From the NCBI GenBank assembly GCA_943789475.1, contig CALSUG010000008.1, positions 183,053 through 247,052 on the forward strand: DNA of 64,000 nt, given 5' to 3'. Source of the stretch: an uncultured Alphaproteobacteria bacterium (lineage in GTDB: Bacteria; Pseudomonadota; Alphaproteobacteria; Micavibrionales; UBA1664). Shown piece by piece: positions 26,380 through 36,468 of the stretch; the first letter of the stretch is position 1; each line of letters opens with the position of its first letter. The position numbers and the translations under genes are program-made. The notes under the pieces are model-generated. The model was given only the letters and a program-made list of their open reading frames with translations, searched no databases and was not told the DNA's origin.

Positions 26380-26404
26380 AAATGTATGTAGGTATAGAGG
26401 GGGA

Positions 26405-26644
26405 TTAAGGAAGAATAAGCTTTGTTACATCACTTAAATTGTGAATAAGATGTGTTGGATTTTCATCGCGTAAAACACGCTCAGAGTTGTATCCGCCTGT
26501 TAGTGCGATTGAGGTAATTCCAAATTCATGTACTATACGAATTTCTTCGCAGGTATCGGCAATAATACATGATTGTGATGCGGGTGTTTTAGTTTCGTGT
26601 AAATGATTCTCGATACGATAACGCTTTGTGCCCTTTGTGTAAGC
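26405..26644 (-). pseudogene. remnant of a HAD-family phosphatase (C-terminal ~79 codons only)
   Basis: The minus frame reads AYTKGTKRYRIENHLHETKTPASQSCIIADTCEEIRIVHEFGITSIALTGGYNSERVLRDENPTHLIHNLSDVTKLILP*. It is preceded by a stop, and there is no N-terminal half or start codon. Confidence 0.45.
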
Positions 26645-26663
26645 TTAACCGCCTTAAATAAAT

Positions 26664-27047
26664 TTATTTAAGGATTTTTTGAATATCTTCCGCTTGCGCT
26701 TTTCGAATGTTGACTGGTATCTCTTCAATACCCAATGTTTTGGCCGCTAAAACAATTTCGCGACCAACACCAATTTCAATATTATCCATGATGCCATATC
26801 CCAAAATTGGTTTTGGTGCTTCTTCACCCCGTTTTATTATTTCCAAACAATCGATATAGCGCTTGAGTGTGCTTGCCTCCATATCGTCTTGTTGTTTTAT
26901 ATTGCCTTGTTTGTCTAATACTTCACATGCAAACATGGAAGTTTCCCAACATTTTAATATATGGATCGGTGATACGATAATCTCATTGTAATCTTGAGGT
27001 GATTTTTGAACGACTTCATGATCATAAAATTGAGGGTTAAAATTCAT
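26664..27047 (-). CDS. hypothetical protein (127 aa)
   Basis: Track ORF only. Confidence 0.4.
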   Translation of the reverse strand: MNFNPQFYDHEVVQKSPQDYNEIIVSPIHILKCWETSMFACEVLDKQGNIKQQDDMEASTLKRYIDCLEIIKRGEEAPKPILGYGIMDNIEIGVGREIVLAAKTLGIEEIPVNIRKAQAEDIQKILK

Positions 27048-27094
27048 GAATAATATGATATCTTAAAATATATAAAAGGAAAGCATACAATCTT

Positions 27095-27301
27095 ATGGTA
27101 TCAAAAAATCTTTCAATTAAAACGGCGAAAAACCCTGCACTTAATCCAGAAATTATAAAAGTGAGTGCAGATATAGATCAGGTCGCATGTGATGGTGGAC
27201 ACCCAACATTGGGGCATCCTCTAACATACTACACGTTTGCAGGGGTGGATCGTATTGAATGCTTATATTGTGACCGTGTTTTTATTCGAAAATCAAAATA
27301 A
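27095..27301 (+). CDS. zinc-finger (zf-CHCC, NDUFS6-like) domain protein
   Basis: VACDGGHPTLGHPLTYYTF....IECLYCDRVF pattern. Confidence 0.65.
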   Translation: MVSKNLSIKTAKNPALNPEIIKVSADIDQVACDGGHPTLGHPLTYYTFAGVDRIECLYCDRVFIRKSK

Positions 27302-27331
27302 TTGATTTTTTGACCTGTTTCGGTGTATAAT
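27302..27331 (+). promoter_or_regulatory. putative sigma70-type promoter of the hsp20 gene
   Basis: TTGATT at 27302-27307, 18-nt spacer, TATAAT at 27326-27331. Confidence 0.35.
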
Positions 27332-27402
27332 TAATGACAAAGATGCCTATTTAAAGGGTCTTTAATTTAGCAACTTGCTCATAAAATTGAGGAGAAATAA
27401 AT

Positions 27403-27864
27403 ATGACGACGCGATTATCTTTATTCGACAGCCCTATGTTTTTAGGCTTTGATGATTTTGAACGCACAATTGACCGTTTGAAAAAATCATCTGATGGATA
27501 TCCACCCTATAATATTGAGCAGGTCAGTGAAAATCACTTGCGTATTACTTTGGCGGTGGCGGGATTTACCATGAACGATTTGGACATTGAATTGGAACAT
27601 AATCAATTGACCATTCGTGGGAAACAGGTAGATGATCAAAACGAAAAACGAATTTTTATTCATCGTGGAATTGCGGCACGTCAATTTCAACGCGGATTTG
27701 TGTTGGCCGATGGTATCGAAGTGACTGGCGCATCATTGGACAGTGGTCTTTTGCATATTGATATGACACGCATTATTCCAGAACCCCAAATACAAAAAAT
27801 TAAGATTAAAGATAAGAAGGCATCAAAACCAACGCAGGTTATTGAAATGGATAAAGAAGAATAA
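27403..27864 (+). CDS. Hsp20/IbpA-type small heat-shock protein
   Basis: Alpha-crystallin domain YNIEQVSENHLRITLAVAGF...LTIRGK...GLLHIDM. Confidence 0.85.
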   Translation: MTTRLSLFDSPMFLGFDDFERTIDRLKKSSDGYPPYNIEQVSENHLRITLAVAGFTMNDLDIELEHNQLTIRGKQVDDQNEKRIFIHRGIAARQFQRGFVLADGIEVTGASLDSGLLHIDMTRIIPEPQIQKIKIKDKKASKPTQVIEMDKEE

Positions 27865-27893
27865 AAAAAGCCCCATATATTGGGGCTTTTTTA
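27865..27893. terminator. bidirectional intrinsic terminator (hsp20 / hpf)
   Basis: AGCCCCA-TATAT-TGGGGCT stem with an A-run before and a T-run after. Confidence 0.75.
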
Positions 27894-27905
27894 TTTGCCA
27901 TTTTT

Positions 27906-28523
27906 TTATGCAACGTCTGTGAGCGCATTTGCTTTGGCTGTTGGATCAACCCAACCAACATTACCATCTTGGCGACGATAAACCATATTAATGGCATTGT
28001 TTTTTGAATTTTGGAACATCATCGCATTGTTTCCTGAAAGATTTAATCGCATGACGGCATCTGATACAGACATTGTTTGAATGTTTGTCGTCATTTCCGC
28101 GATAATCATCGGTTCATCCTGTGATTCAATTTCATCATCTGTTAATTGATCGACCTGATTGTCTTGAAGTGAATTGCTAAGTGAATATTCTGGAACTTTG
28201 AGGTGTTCGGCATGTTCCATTTGTTCATGATGGTCTTTTAATTTGCGTTTATAACGACGTAATTGTTTTGCAATTTTTTCAGATGCCTGATCGAATGAAG
28301 CATGAACGTCATGTTCACTGGACGTTGCAGATACCTGAATATCCTTTCCAACGGTTAATGATATGTGTGTTTTGAATAGTGATTTTGTTTCTTTTGTCAT
28401 TGTGACTGACACATGAACCGCGCGTCCAAAATATTTTTCGTTCACGGTTTCCAGCTTATCATGGATATAAGTTTTTAGTGCATCGCCCATATCAAAATGT
28501 TGTCCGTGTAGTGTAATTTCCAT
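27906..28523 (-). CDS. hpf: ribosome hibernation promoting factor, long form
   Basis: N-terminal S30AE/RaiA domain (MEITLHGQHFDMGDALKTYI...) plus a C-terminal extension. Confidence 0.8.
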   Translation of the reverse strand: MEITLHGQHFDMGDALKTYIHDKLETVNEKYFGRAVHVSVTMTKETKSLFKTHISLTVGKDIQVSATSSEHDVHASFDQASEKIAKQLRRYKRKLKDHHEQMEHAEHLKVPEYSLSNSLQDNQVDQLTDDEIESQDEPMIIAEMTTNIQTMSVSDAVMRLNLSGNNAMMFQNSKNNAINMVYRRQDGNVGWVDPTAKANALTDVA

Positions 28524-28701
28524 GATGAATATCTCCAGTATTGAAAAGGTTATTATAAAAGTTAGAGCTAATATACTCTACTTTTAGTATCGCCTGCAAA
28601 TTCTTAAAATAATGATAAGGAGGTTATTAATAATTTAATTTTTTGAAGTGAAAAATGATGTTATACTTTACTAGTATTAAAATAAATTTTATGGAATATT
28701 T

Positions 28702-29007
28702 ATGCAGCATCCAGAATTTTCGTCCCAGTTAAAAGAAATCGCAGAAGCTAGTATTTTTATTCGTTTTAGCAAACTGAAAAAGCGCAATATAACGGTTGGT
28801 GATAAAAAGACATCGGTAACGTTAGAGCCCTTGGTGTGGGAATTACTCCATAATATTGCCGATGAACAAAAATGCCATGTGAATGATTTGTGTGCATTTA
28901 TTGCAGATAGAAAACACAAGGATGCATCATTGGCATCGGCTATTCGAATCTTTATTATGTCGTATATGAACATTCAATTGCATGAAAATAAGGATAAAAC
29001 GATATGA
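28702..29007 (+). CDS. ribbon-helix-helix domain protein (RHH_4-like)
   Basis: RNITVGDKKTSVTLEPLVWELLHNIADEQ pattern. Confidence 0.5.
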   Translation: MQHPEFSSQLKEIAEASIFIRFSKLKKRNITVGDKKTSVTLEPLVWELLHNIADEQKCHVNDLCAFIADRKHKDASLASAIRIFIMSYMNIQLHENKDKTI

Positions 29008-29369
29008 AACGAATTTTAATTGTTGATGATGTTGTTCATATTGCCAAAATAATTGATAAAATTTTGACAAAAGAAGGTTATGAAACGGCTATTTGTCATG
29101 ATGGACAACAAGCTATTGATAAACTAAAAGAGTCCAAATTTGATATTATTGTATCTGACGTTATTATGCCGAATAAAGATGGTTTTGATATTTTAAATTA
29201 TTTAGAAGAAGAAAAATTAGATATCAAAATTATTATGATGACTGGTGGTGGTGTAAAAATCAGCGCGGTTGAAACAATGCGTGTAGTTAAAGATCAAGCA
29301 AATGTGGTTTTATTAAAACCTATTTCAAAAGAGGATTTATTGACAGCAATAGAATCAGTTGCTGTGTAG
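29004..29369 (+). CDS. single-domain response regulator (CheY-like receiver)
   Basis: ILIVDD, DIIVSDVIMP (phospho-Asp) and LLKP (conserved Lys). Confidence 0.75.
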   Translation: MKRILIVDDVVHIAKIIDKILTKEGYETAICHDGQQAIDKLKESKFDIIVSDVIMPNKDGFDILNYLEEEKLDIKIIMMTGGGVKISAVETMRVVKDQANVVLLKPISKEDLLTAIESVAV

Positions 29370-29380
29370 GTTTTTTTAAA

Positions 29381-31039
29381 GTGTTTCAAAAATTTAAAAA
29401 ACTTCTAGGTGATCTTGGTGACAAGTCACAAGATAAAATTGAAAAGGCACTTAATGTGCCTGAACCTATTCGTGCAGCGCAGTCAGATCCTGCACAAAAA
29501 TTTGAAGATCACCCGTCCGTACCTTATAACGCGTTGCGTAGTACGTTTCGTAATGTAGGTCGAATGAATGCAATTATTGAAACGATGGGGCGCGATTTTT
29601 TAACGGCAATGCCACAAGGTGCATATGTTTCTCGATTGGGGCAAATTGCGTTTTTATACCGTAGACAGCATGAGGATTTAGCCGATTCTGAACTGATTTC
29701 ACATCTAAATGAATCTAAGGCGCATGCATCATCCAATCCAGCAGATTGGAGTGACTGGGATATTGCAAATTTAAGGGAAATGGAAACTGCAATCCGCCAT
29801 CATATTGGAGTACCTGCCGATCTAATCGAAAAACGAGCACGATTGGCTTATGAAGGACGCCATGTTCATCGTGATGTTTTGAAAAATAATGATTGGGAGC
29901 AAGCGCAAACATTTCTCGAAGGTATGGTTGAGCTGCAACAAAAAATTGCTGATGCCAAACAATTGGAAGATAATGATCATCCTGAGGCACGTTATCAATC
30001 ATTGTTGCGTGAATTTATGCCCGGGGCCCGTTTGGATGATATCACAAATCTTTTTAGGGATTATAAAACTGAGGTCGAGACATTACTGCCTCAAATTATA
30101 GCTAACCAGAACGCGAAAGAATCACCGGTGCAAATGGAGGGTGTTTTTAGTGGGAAATCGCAGTTGTGGCTTAATAAAACATTATTAAAATTAACAGGTT
30201 TTGATTTTCAACGTGGTGGCTTGTATGAGACAGGGCATAACCCAGTTGAAGGTGGAACGCCAGACGATACACGATTGGTTATTAAGACAGCAAAAATTGG
30301 TACATTTTTAGATAGTATGAAGTCGGCTCTGCATGAAGGTGGGCACGGTTTGTACATTCAAGGGTTGCCACGTAAAAAATGGCGTTACCAACCAGTAGGG
30401 CAAGATTTGGGTGCATTAGCTCATGAATCACAAGCCTTACTAGTTGAAATGATTTTGGGACGTAAACGTGAATTTTTTGAATTTTTAGCACCCCGTGCCG
30501 AAGGTGTTTTTCAACGATTTAATGATCCCGCATTAACGCCAATAAATTTGTGGCGATTGAAAAATCAGGTGAATAAAACACCTGACCGTAAATCAGCAGA
30601 TGAAGTTACATATTTTTTACACATTCATATGCGCACGGAATTGGAACGTAAATTAATATCAGGTGAGTTATTAGTTCGTGATTTACCCGATGCGTGGGCA
30701 CAATATTCAAAACAATTATTTGGTTCAAAACCTAAAACAAACGCCCAAGGATGTTTGCAAGATGTTCATTGGTTCGTTGGTAAATTTGGTTACTTTCCAT
30801 CTTATGCACTGGGGCATATGATGGCTGCGCAATTATATGAAACGATGTTGCGTGACATTCCTGCCATTCCATCCCATCTACGAGATGGAAATTTTACAGA
30901 TATACACGAATGGTTAGATGAAAAAATTTATAAAAAAGGCAGGTTAGAGCGCACAGACGAATTGATCCAATCCATCACGGGTGAGGCATTATCATCACGC
31001 GCGTTGGTTCGTCATATTAAGAATCGTTACCTGTCATAG
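29381..31039 (+). CDS. M32 carboxypeptidase (Taq-type)
   Basis: HEGGHGLY (HExxH) and LQDVHW (GxxQDxHW) motifs. Confidence 0.8.
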   Translation: MFQKFKKLLGDLGDKSQDKIEKALNVPEPIRAAQSDPAQKFEDHPSVPYNALRSTFRNVGRMNAIIETMGRDFLTAMPQGAYVSRLGQIAFLYRRQHEDLADSELISHLNESKAHASSNPADWSDWDIANLREMETAIRHHIGVPADLIEKRARLAYEGRHVHRDVLKNNDWEQAQTFLEGMVELQQKIADAKQLEDNDHPEARYQSLLREFMPGARLDDITNLFRDYKTEVETLLPQIIANQNAKESPVQMEGVFSGKSQLWLNKTLLKLTGFDFQRGGLYETGHNPVEGGTPDDTRLVIKTAKIGTFLDSMKSALHEGGHGLYIQGLPRKKWRYQPVGQDLGALAHESQALLVEMILGRKREFFEFLAPRAEGVFQRFNDPALTPINLWRLKNQVNKTPDRKSADEVTYFLHIHMRTELERKLISGELLVRDLPDAWAQYSKQLFGSKPKTNAQGCLQDVHWFVGKFGYFPSYALGHMMAAQLYETMLRDIPAIPSHLRDGNFTDIHEWLDEKIYKKGRLERTDELIQSITGEALSSRALVRHIKNRYLS

Positions 31040-32153
31040 TCTCGTTATATGCCCATTCCAGCCATGGAATTAGAGCATTAATATCCGCGGTTTCAACTGT
31101 TGCGCCACACCAAATACGTAATCCTGCGGGAGCATCACGGTAGGCATTGATATCTTTTGCCGCGTTTTCTTGATCTAACAATTTTGTCATAGCCTTAACA
31201 TCTTTATCACCAGCAAGCGTTAAGCAAACAGATGTTGTTGAACACACGCTTTCATCTTGTGCTAAAAAACCAACCCAAGGTGTTTTTTCAACCCATGCAG
31301 CAATCGCATCGAAGTTGTTTTTTGCACGTTGAATTGTTGCACTCAGGCCACCGATAGATTGAACCCATCGTAAAGCATCAAGGCAATCCTCAACGGCAAT
31401 CATTGATGGAGTATTAATTGTCGCCCCTTGAAAGAGAGATTCATTTAATTTTCCTTTTTTTGTCATGCGGAAAATCTTTGGTAATGGACGATTTTCAGGG
31501 GTAAAATTTTCTAATCGCTCAACTGCACGAGGGGATAAAACAATCATGCCATGTGCGGCTTCACCACCTAAAACTTTTTGCCATGACCATGTTGTGACAT
31601 CTAACTTATCCCATGGCACATCATAGGCAAACACGGCGGATGTGGCATCACAAATAGTTAAACCGGTGCGGTCATCGGCGATCCAATCGCCGTTTGGAAC
31701 GCGCACGCCGGATGTTGTACCGTTCCATGCGAAGACACAATCATGATCACCATTATATTGAGAAAGGTCAGGTAATTCACCATATGGTGCGCTATATGCG
31801 TTGACGTTATCAATTTTTAAATGATCGCGGATATCAGACAACCATCCTGAGCTAAATGATTCCCACGCAAAAACATCAACGGGACGTGCACCAATCATTG
31901 ACCATAAAACCATTTCAACCGCGCCGGTATCGCTGGCGGGGACAATGGCAATTTTATAATCAGATGGGATACTCAAAATATCGCGATGTGTTTCGATGAC
32001 ATCTTTTAATTTAGCTTTTCCTTCTGCGGATCGATGTGATCTACCGGTAAGAGCGTCTGAGAGGGCATCAATTGTCCAACCTGGGCGTTTGGAACATGGG
32101 CCTGATGAAAAATTAGGATTATTTGGTTTTAATATTGGTTTTTCGACTGTCAT
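31017..32153 (-). CDS. serC: phosphoserine aminotransferase
   Basis: [14 protein letters not shown]-terminus. Start taken at MTVEKPIL (ATG 32151-32153) rather than the track start 32213. Confidence 0.8.
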   Translation of the reverse strand: MTVEKPILKPNNPNFSSGPCSKRPGWTIDALSDALTGRSHRSAEGKAKLKDVIETHRDILSIPSDYKIAIVPASDTGAVEMVLWSMIGARPVDVFAWESFSSGWLSDIRDHLKIDNVNAYSAPYGELPDLSQYNGDHDCVFAWNGTTSGVRVPNGDWIADDRTGLTICDATSAVFAYDVPWDKLDVTTWSWQKVLGGEAAHGMIVLSPRAVERLENFTPENRPLPKIFRMTKKGKLNESLFQGATINTPSMIAVEDCLDALRWVQSIGGLSATIQRAKNNFDAIAAWVEKTPWVGFLAQDESVCSTTSVCLTLAGDKDVKAMTKLLDQENAAKDINAYRDAPAGLRIWCGATVETADINALIPWLEWAYNETMTGNDS

Positions 32154-32183
32154 GATGGCCTCCTTTAATTTAGGATAAGTATT

Positions 32184-33026
32184 ATGCATGTTTTGACCTT
32201 TGTCACCTCTCAACCGAACGTCGATTTTGATTTGTGGATTAAAAAATCATATCCCGATATTGAAATTCTAGATCGACAAGTTTTGGATGCAGGTAAGGCT
32301 GTTGATTGGTTTGTTGAAAATTCGATTGATAAATCAATATTGGACCAAATTCGTACCGAATTTAAAGTCGATATTTTTCAACAAGATGTAGGTCATAGAG
32401 CTAAAAAATTATTTTTGGCGGATATGGATTCTACAATTGTGTCAGGTGAAACGTTGGACGATATGGCAGATCTCGTCGGGATCGGGAGTAAGGTTGCAGA
32501 GATTACAGCCCGTGCTATGCGAGGTGATCTTGATTTTGAACAAGCCATCGATGAACGTGTTGGGTTGTTGTATGATATGTCAACCACTATCATTGATAGA
32601 GCGTTAGGGGAAATGACGCTGAATTCAGGGGCTAAAAATCTTCTTTCTTACCTCAAATCAAAAGACATTTATTGTGTACTTATATCAGGTGGCTTTACGC
32701 AATTTACCTCTGCAGTGGCAAATAATTTAGGCTTTGATGCGCATTTTGGAAACGAACTGATCGTTGAAAACGGTGTTCTTACAGGAACCGTCAAACGACC
32801 AATTTTGGACAAAAATTTTAAAGCGCAAAAGCTTAATGATCTGTCCCAAGATATGAATCTTTCTTTACATGAGACAATTGCTATTGGTGATGGTGCGAAT
32901 GATTTTAAAATGCTTGAGGGCGCGGGAATGGGGGTTGGATATTATCCAAAACCATTATTGAAAGAAAAATTGATTAACCGTATCGAACACACAGATTTAT
33001 CCAGTTTGATTTATGCAATAGAATAA
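32184..33026 (+). CDS. serB: phosphoserine phosphatase
   Basis: HAD motif I FLADMDST and a C-terminal [10 protein letters not shown]. Confidence 0.75.
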   Translation: MHVLTFVTSQPNVDFDLWIKKSYPDIEILDRQVLDAGKAVDWFVENSIDKSILDQIRTEFKVDIFQQDVGHRAKKLFLADMDSTIVSGETLDDMADLVGIGSKVAEITARAMRGDLDFEQAIDERVGLLYDMSTTIIDRALGEMTLNSGAKNLLSYLKSKDIYCVLISGGFTQFTSAVANNLGFDAHFGNELIVENGVLTGTVKRPILDKNFKAQKLNDLSQDMNLSLHETIAIGDGANDFKMLEGAGMGVGYYPKPLLKEKLINRIEHTDLSSLIYAIE

Positions 33027-33040
33027 GACATCATTACGCT

Positions 33041-34051
33041 ATGCGTAAAAAAGTCACCGATGATAAATTAGAAGAATGTATCCATAAATATTGCCGCGAT
33101 TTGACCTATCTGGCCAAGCAGGGACGATTTGATCCTATCACAGGGCGAGATAAAGAAATCCGTGATTCAATTTTAATTTTGTTGCAAAAAGGGCGTAAAA
33201 ACGTGATGTTTTTGGCACCTGCAGGGGTTGGTAAAACCGCACTTTGTGTTGGATTGGCACAACAAATTGCCAATGATGCAGTTCCGTCTTACCTTAAAAA
33301 TGCGCGTGTGATTGAAATTGATTTGCCGTCAATGGCGGCAGGTACAAATAGTTCGGCTGAATTTCAAGAACGTTTTATGCCATTGGTGAAGGGGGTTGCA
33401 GAACGTTATCATGATCCGGCATACCCCAAATACATTTTATTTCTAGATGAAATTCATACCATTATGCCAACGTGTAGCGGGTCGGCTTATGCTGGTTTGT
33501 CGGAGGTGATGAAGCCTTATTTAACCGTGGGTGATTTACATGTTATTGGTGCAACAACGCGTGACGAATTTCGCGTGTATTTTGAGATTGATCCTGCGAT
33601 GGATCGACGTTTCCAAAAAATAAATTTGAACGTTCCAAATCAGGAAGAAACGCATGTGATTTTGGAGGCCATTAAAGGTGGGTACGAAAAACACCATAAG
33701 GTTTCTATACCCTCAGATTTAACACAGTTGGTTTGCCGACTAACAGACGAACATATGAAGAAAAGAAACCAGCCAGATAAATCGATTATCGTGATGGATG
33801 GCGCATCTGCACTTCATGTTCTTGAAAACGGTGAAGGCGGTGAATTGTCCGTTGATGCTATTTTGAATTTTATGGCGACAGAAATTTCTATACACCCAGA
33901 TGCATTATTGGATAGTCGTGAACGCCAAGAATTGGATGAGGCCGCGGCCAAGCGTAAACAAGAAAATCAAGTGCCTGTTGTGCAAGAAGATGCACCACAA
34001 CCGTCAAAATTGAATGAATTACTGAATAATTCAGCCGATGATAATGATTAA
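33041..34051 (+). CDS. stand-alone Clp/Hsp100 D1-like AAA+ ATPase
   Basis: DPITGRDKEI, Walker A APAGVGKTAL and Walker B ILFLDEIH. There is no second ATPase domain or middle domain. Confidence 0.6.
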   Translation: MRKKVTDDKLEECIHKYCRDLTYLAKQGRFDPITGRDKEIRDSILILLQKGRKNVMFLAPAGVGKTALCVGLAQQIANDAVPSYLKNARVIEIDLPSMAAGTNSSAEFQERFMPLVKGVAERYHDPAYPKYILFLDEIHTIMPTCSGSAYAGLSEVMKPYLTVGDLHVIGATTRDEFRVYFEIDPAMDRRFQKINLNVPNQEETHVILEAIKGGYEKHHKVSIPSDLTQLVCRLTDEHMKKRNQPDKSIIVMDGASALHVLENGEGGELSVDAILNFMATEISIHPDALLDSRERQELDEAAAKRKQENQVPVVQEDAPQPSKLNELLNNSADDND

Positions 34052-34728
34052 GTCGATGGTATTTCTTTAAACCATTTAAGTAATTCAGGTGTGTCTTGAA
34101 CACAAATATCAATATCACCCATTTCATTATCATTGATCGGACGGTTATGGTGAAGGTAAGCTGTCTTGACGTCCGCATGTTGTTTTGCTGTTATCAGGTT
34201 TGGAAGGGTATCTTCGACAAATAGAACTTCATCAGCATTCCCACCAATTTTATCAAGTGCAGTTAAAATGCCGCGAGGACTGTGTGCCTTATCTTCAAAA
34301 TTATAATCTTCTGCGCCTAATATACAATCAGGTTGGAAAAAATCAGATAACCCTGTGTGTTCTAAAACGCGGTGTGCCCAATCACGTGTTGCATAAGTCA
34401 AAATGACGTGATGATGTTTTTTCATTTCGGTCATCATGTCAGGTGTTTTGTTACAAGGGGTAATCATGTTGTGATCGACATGGGCAAACATACCTACATG
34501 TGTTTCATGTTTACACAAATCATGTTCTTTGATGAAATAATGGTTGGAATCACGGTGGTCAATCCATCCTTTGTGAGCAATTTCAATTCCTTCATCAAGA
34601 GTGATATTAATGTTTTTTGATTGCATGTAATTCACAACACCTTCATGCCAAAGACGAATTTGATTATCATCAAATTTATAAAGGGTGTTATCTAAATCCC
34701 AGATGAAGGTTTTGATTTTTTCACGCAT
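34048..34728 (-). CDS. HAD-superfamily hydrolase (pyrimidine 5'-nucleotidase-like)
   Basis: Motif I FIWDLDNTLY and distal FVEDT. Confidence 0.6.
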   Translation of the reverse strand: MREKIKTFIWDLDNTLYKFDDNQIRLWHEGVVNYMQSKNINITLDEGIEIAHKGWIDHRDSNHYFIKEHDLCKHETHVGMFAHVDHNMITPCNKTPDMMTEMKKHHHVILTYATRDWAHRVLEHTGLSDFFQPDCILGAEDYNFEDKAHSPRGILTALDKIGGNADEVLFVEDTLPNLITAKQHADVKTAYLHHNRPINDNEMGDIDICVQDTPELLKWFKEIPST

Positions 34729-34732
34729 GATA

Positions 34733-35680
34733 TTAACTCAGTGTTTCCAATAATTTTTCAATTTGTTCTGGTGTTTCAGCATTTGCTGTAGAGATATCTT
34801 TGTTAATACGACGTGCCAAACCACAGAGGACTTTTCCTGCACCGAGTTCAAGCATGTTAGTTATATCATTATTGCCCATCCATTCAACCGATTCACGCCA
34901 ACGAACGCGTCCTGTGATTTGATCGACTAATAAATTACGGATAGTATCAGGGTTTGTTTCTGTATTTGCGGTTACATTTGCAATAACAGGTAATGATGGT
35001 GATTGAATATTTGCATTTGATAGTGCTTCCTTCATTTCAATGGCTGCAGGTTGCATTAATGAACAATGAAATGGTGCAGATACAGGCAGAAGAAGTGCGC
35101 GTTTTGCACCTTTGTCACTTGCTAGCGTACACGCCTTTTCAATGGCTTGTTTATGGCCAGAAACGACAACTTGCCCATCTGAATTATCATTGGCTAATTG
35201 GCAAATTGAATCGGGTGACGTGGCTTCATCCGCAATATTCATCACATCATCAAAACTTAATCCTAAAATTGCGGCCATTGCGCCTTCACCAACGGGAACG
35301 GCACGTTGCATCGCTTGACCACGTAGTTTTAAAAGACGTACAGCATCAGAAACGGTAAATGCGTTTGCTGCTGTGAGTGCGGAATATTCACCCAAAGAAT
35401 GACCTGCAACATATGCCCCTTTATCTGCAATTGAAAACCCACCTTGTTCTTCTAATACGCGTGTTACGGCAACGGATACGGACATTAATGCAGGTTGAGT
35501 ATTTTCAGTTAAGTTGAGTGCATCGCCATCTTCACCCCACATGATTGCTGTTAAATCTTGGGACAAGGCATCATTAATCTCTTCAAAAATATGCTTTGCG
35601 ATTGTAAAATTTTCGGCAAGGTCACGTCCCATACCTAGTGATTGACTTCCTTGTCCTGGAAAAACAAATGCAGTTGTCAT
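34733..35680 (-). CDS. fabD: malonyl-CoA:ACP transacylase
   Basis: FPGQGSQ and GHSLGEYSAL active-site motifs. Confidence 0.9.
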   Translation of the reverse strand: MTTAFVFPGQGSQSLGMGRDLAENFTIAKHIFEEINDALSQDLTAIMWGEDGDALNLTENTQPALMSVSVAVTRVLEEQGGFSIADKGAYVAGHSLGEYSALTAANAFTVSDAVRLLKLRGQAMQRAVPVGEGAMAAILGLSFDDVMNIADEATSPDSICQLANDNSDGQVVVSGHKQAIEKACTLASDKGAKRALLLPVSAPFHCSLMQPAAIEMKEALSNANIQSPSLPVIANVTANTETNPDTIRNLLVDQITGRVRWRESVEWMGNNDITNMLELGAGKVLCGLARRINKDISTANAETPEQIEKLLETLS

Positions 35681-35917
35681 GATAATTTTTGTTCCTTTTT
35701 GTAATGTTAGGTATTTATAATGATTGTCTTTGTATAAATCAATTATTAACGAGAAGTTAAGAAAATTTGCATTGTTTGTGCCTTGTGTGGTAATAATAAT
35801 TTATCCAGTTGTAAGTATACGTAATTTTATTACGCTAAATGGCTTTATCAATCCAAAGAAGATTGAACGGCTCCACCCTAAAATGAAAACGATTTTATCG
35901 AGGAGTTTATTGAATAG

Positions 35918-36211
35918 ATGACAGATTTTATACGAGGAACAGACGATATGAAGATATTATTAGAAGAAAGTAATTATGCATTTAACGTGATGGTTGAGGC
36001 CGGTGGCGGTACAAATGCCGATTATGCGGAATATACATCAAATAATTTTATTAAATCATTTCGTCATGTATTACAAAAACCAGATTTAAGTCGCGTACAA
36101 TTGGCATCAATGTTGCGTCAGGCTGAACGTCGTAAAACGCGTCGTGACAATGATGATACATGGGCTGATACGATGGCAAATTTGGTTGCAAAAGGTGCGA
36201 ATCAGAATTAG
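35918..36211 (+). CDS. hypothetical protein (97 aa)
   Basis: Track ORF only. Confidence 0.3.
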   Translation: MTDFIRGTDDMKILLEESNYAFNVMVEAGGGTNADYAEYTSNNFIKSFRHVLQKPDLSRVQLASMLRQAERRKTRRDNDDTWADTMANLVAKGANQN

Positions 36212-36441
36212 ATCAACTGAAAATTTCGGGCATAAACATCACGTGTGTAATGTTGTCCGAGTTTTGCCTGTCTGACGCTAGCTTGCTTTATTTCGGATAA
36301 CAATATTCCCATCGGTGAATAAACTTTTATAAGGGGGTATGTTTCCCCTATTTCAGGTCTTCCTACGGATTTATTCGCTTCATTGAATGCTAGCAAGGCT
36401 TCGATATCAACGCTTGTATGCTTTGCTTCTAAAATTGTCAT
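36208..36441 (-). CDS. hypothetical protein (77 aa)
   Basis: Track ORF only. Confidence 0.3.
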   Translation of the reverse strand: MTILEAKHTSVDIEALLAFNEANKSVGRPEIGETYPLIKVYSPMGILLSEIKQASVRQAKLGQHYTRDVYARNFQLI

Positions 36442-36468
36442 TTGTATTATCTCCCTTTTTAGAGAAAA

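Noticed and set aside
31017-33026. Divergent serC-serB (serine biosynthesis) considered as part of the SerRS cluster story.
   Set aside because: The pair lies ~15 kb away on the core side of the tRNA, has normal composition and is a common housekeeping pair. I treat the proximity as coincidence.
35724-35921. ORF 35724..35921 (+) and other 60-90-aa ORFs antisense to or nested within long genes (e.g. 4409..4718, 9292..9576, 14122..14577, 57083..57708).
   Set aside because: They are embedded in or opposite well-supported genes, have low-complexity or hydrophobic nonsense translations, and have no independent signals.
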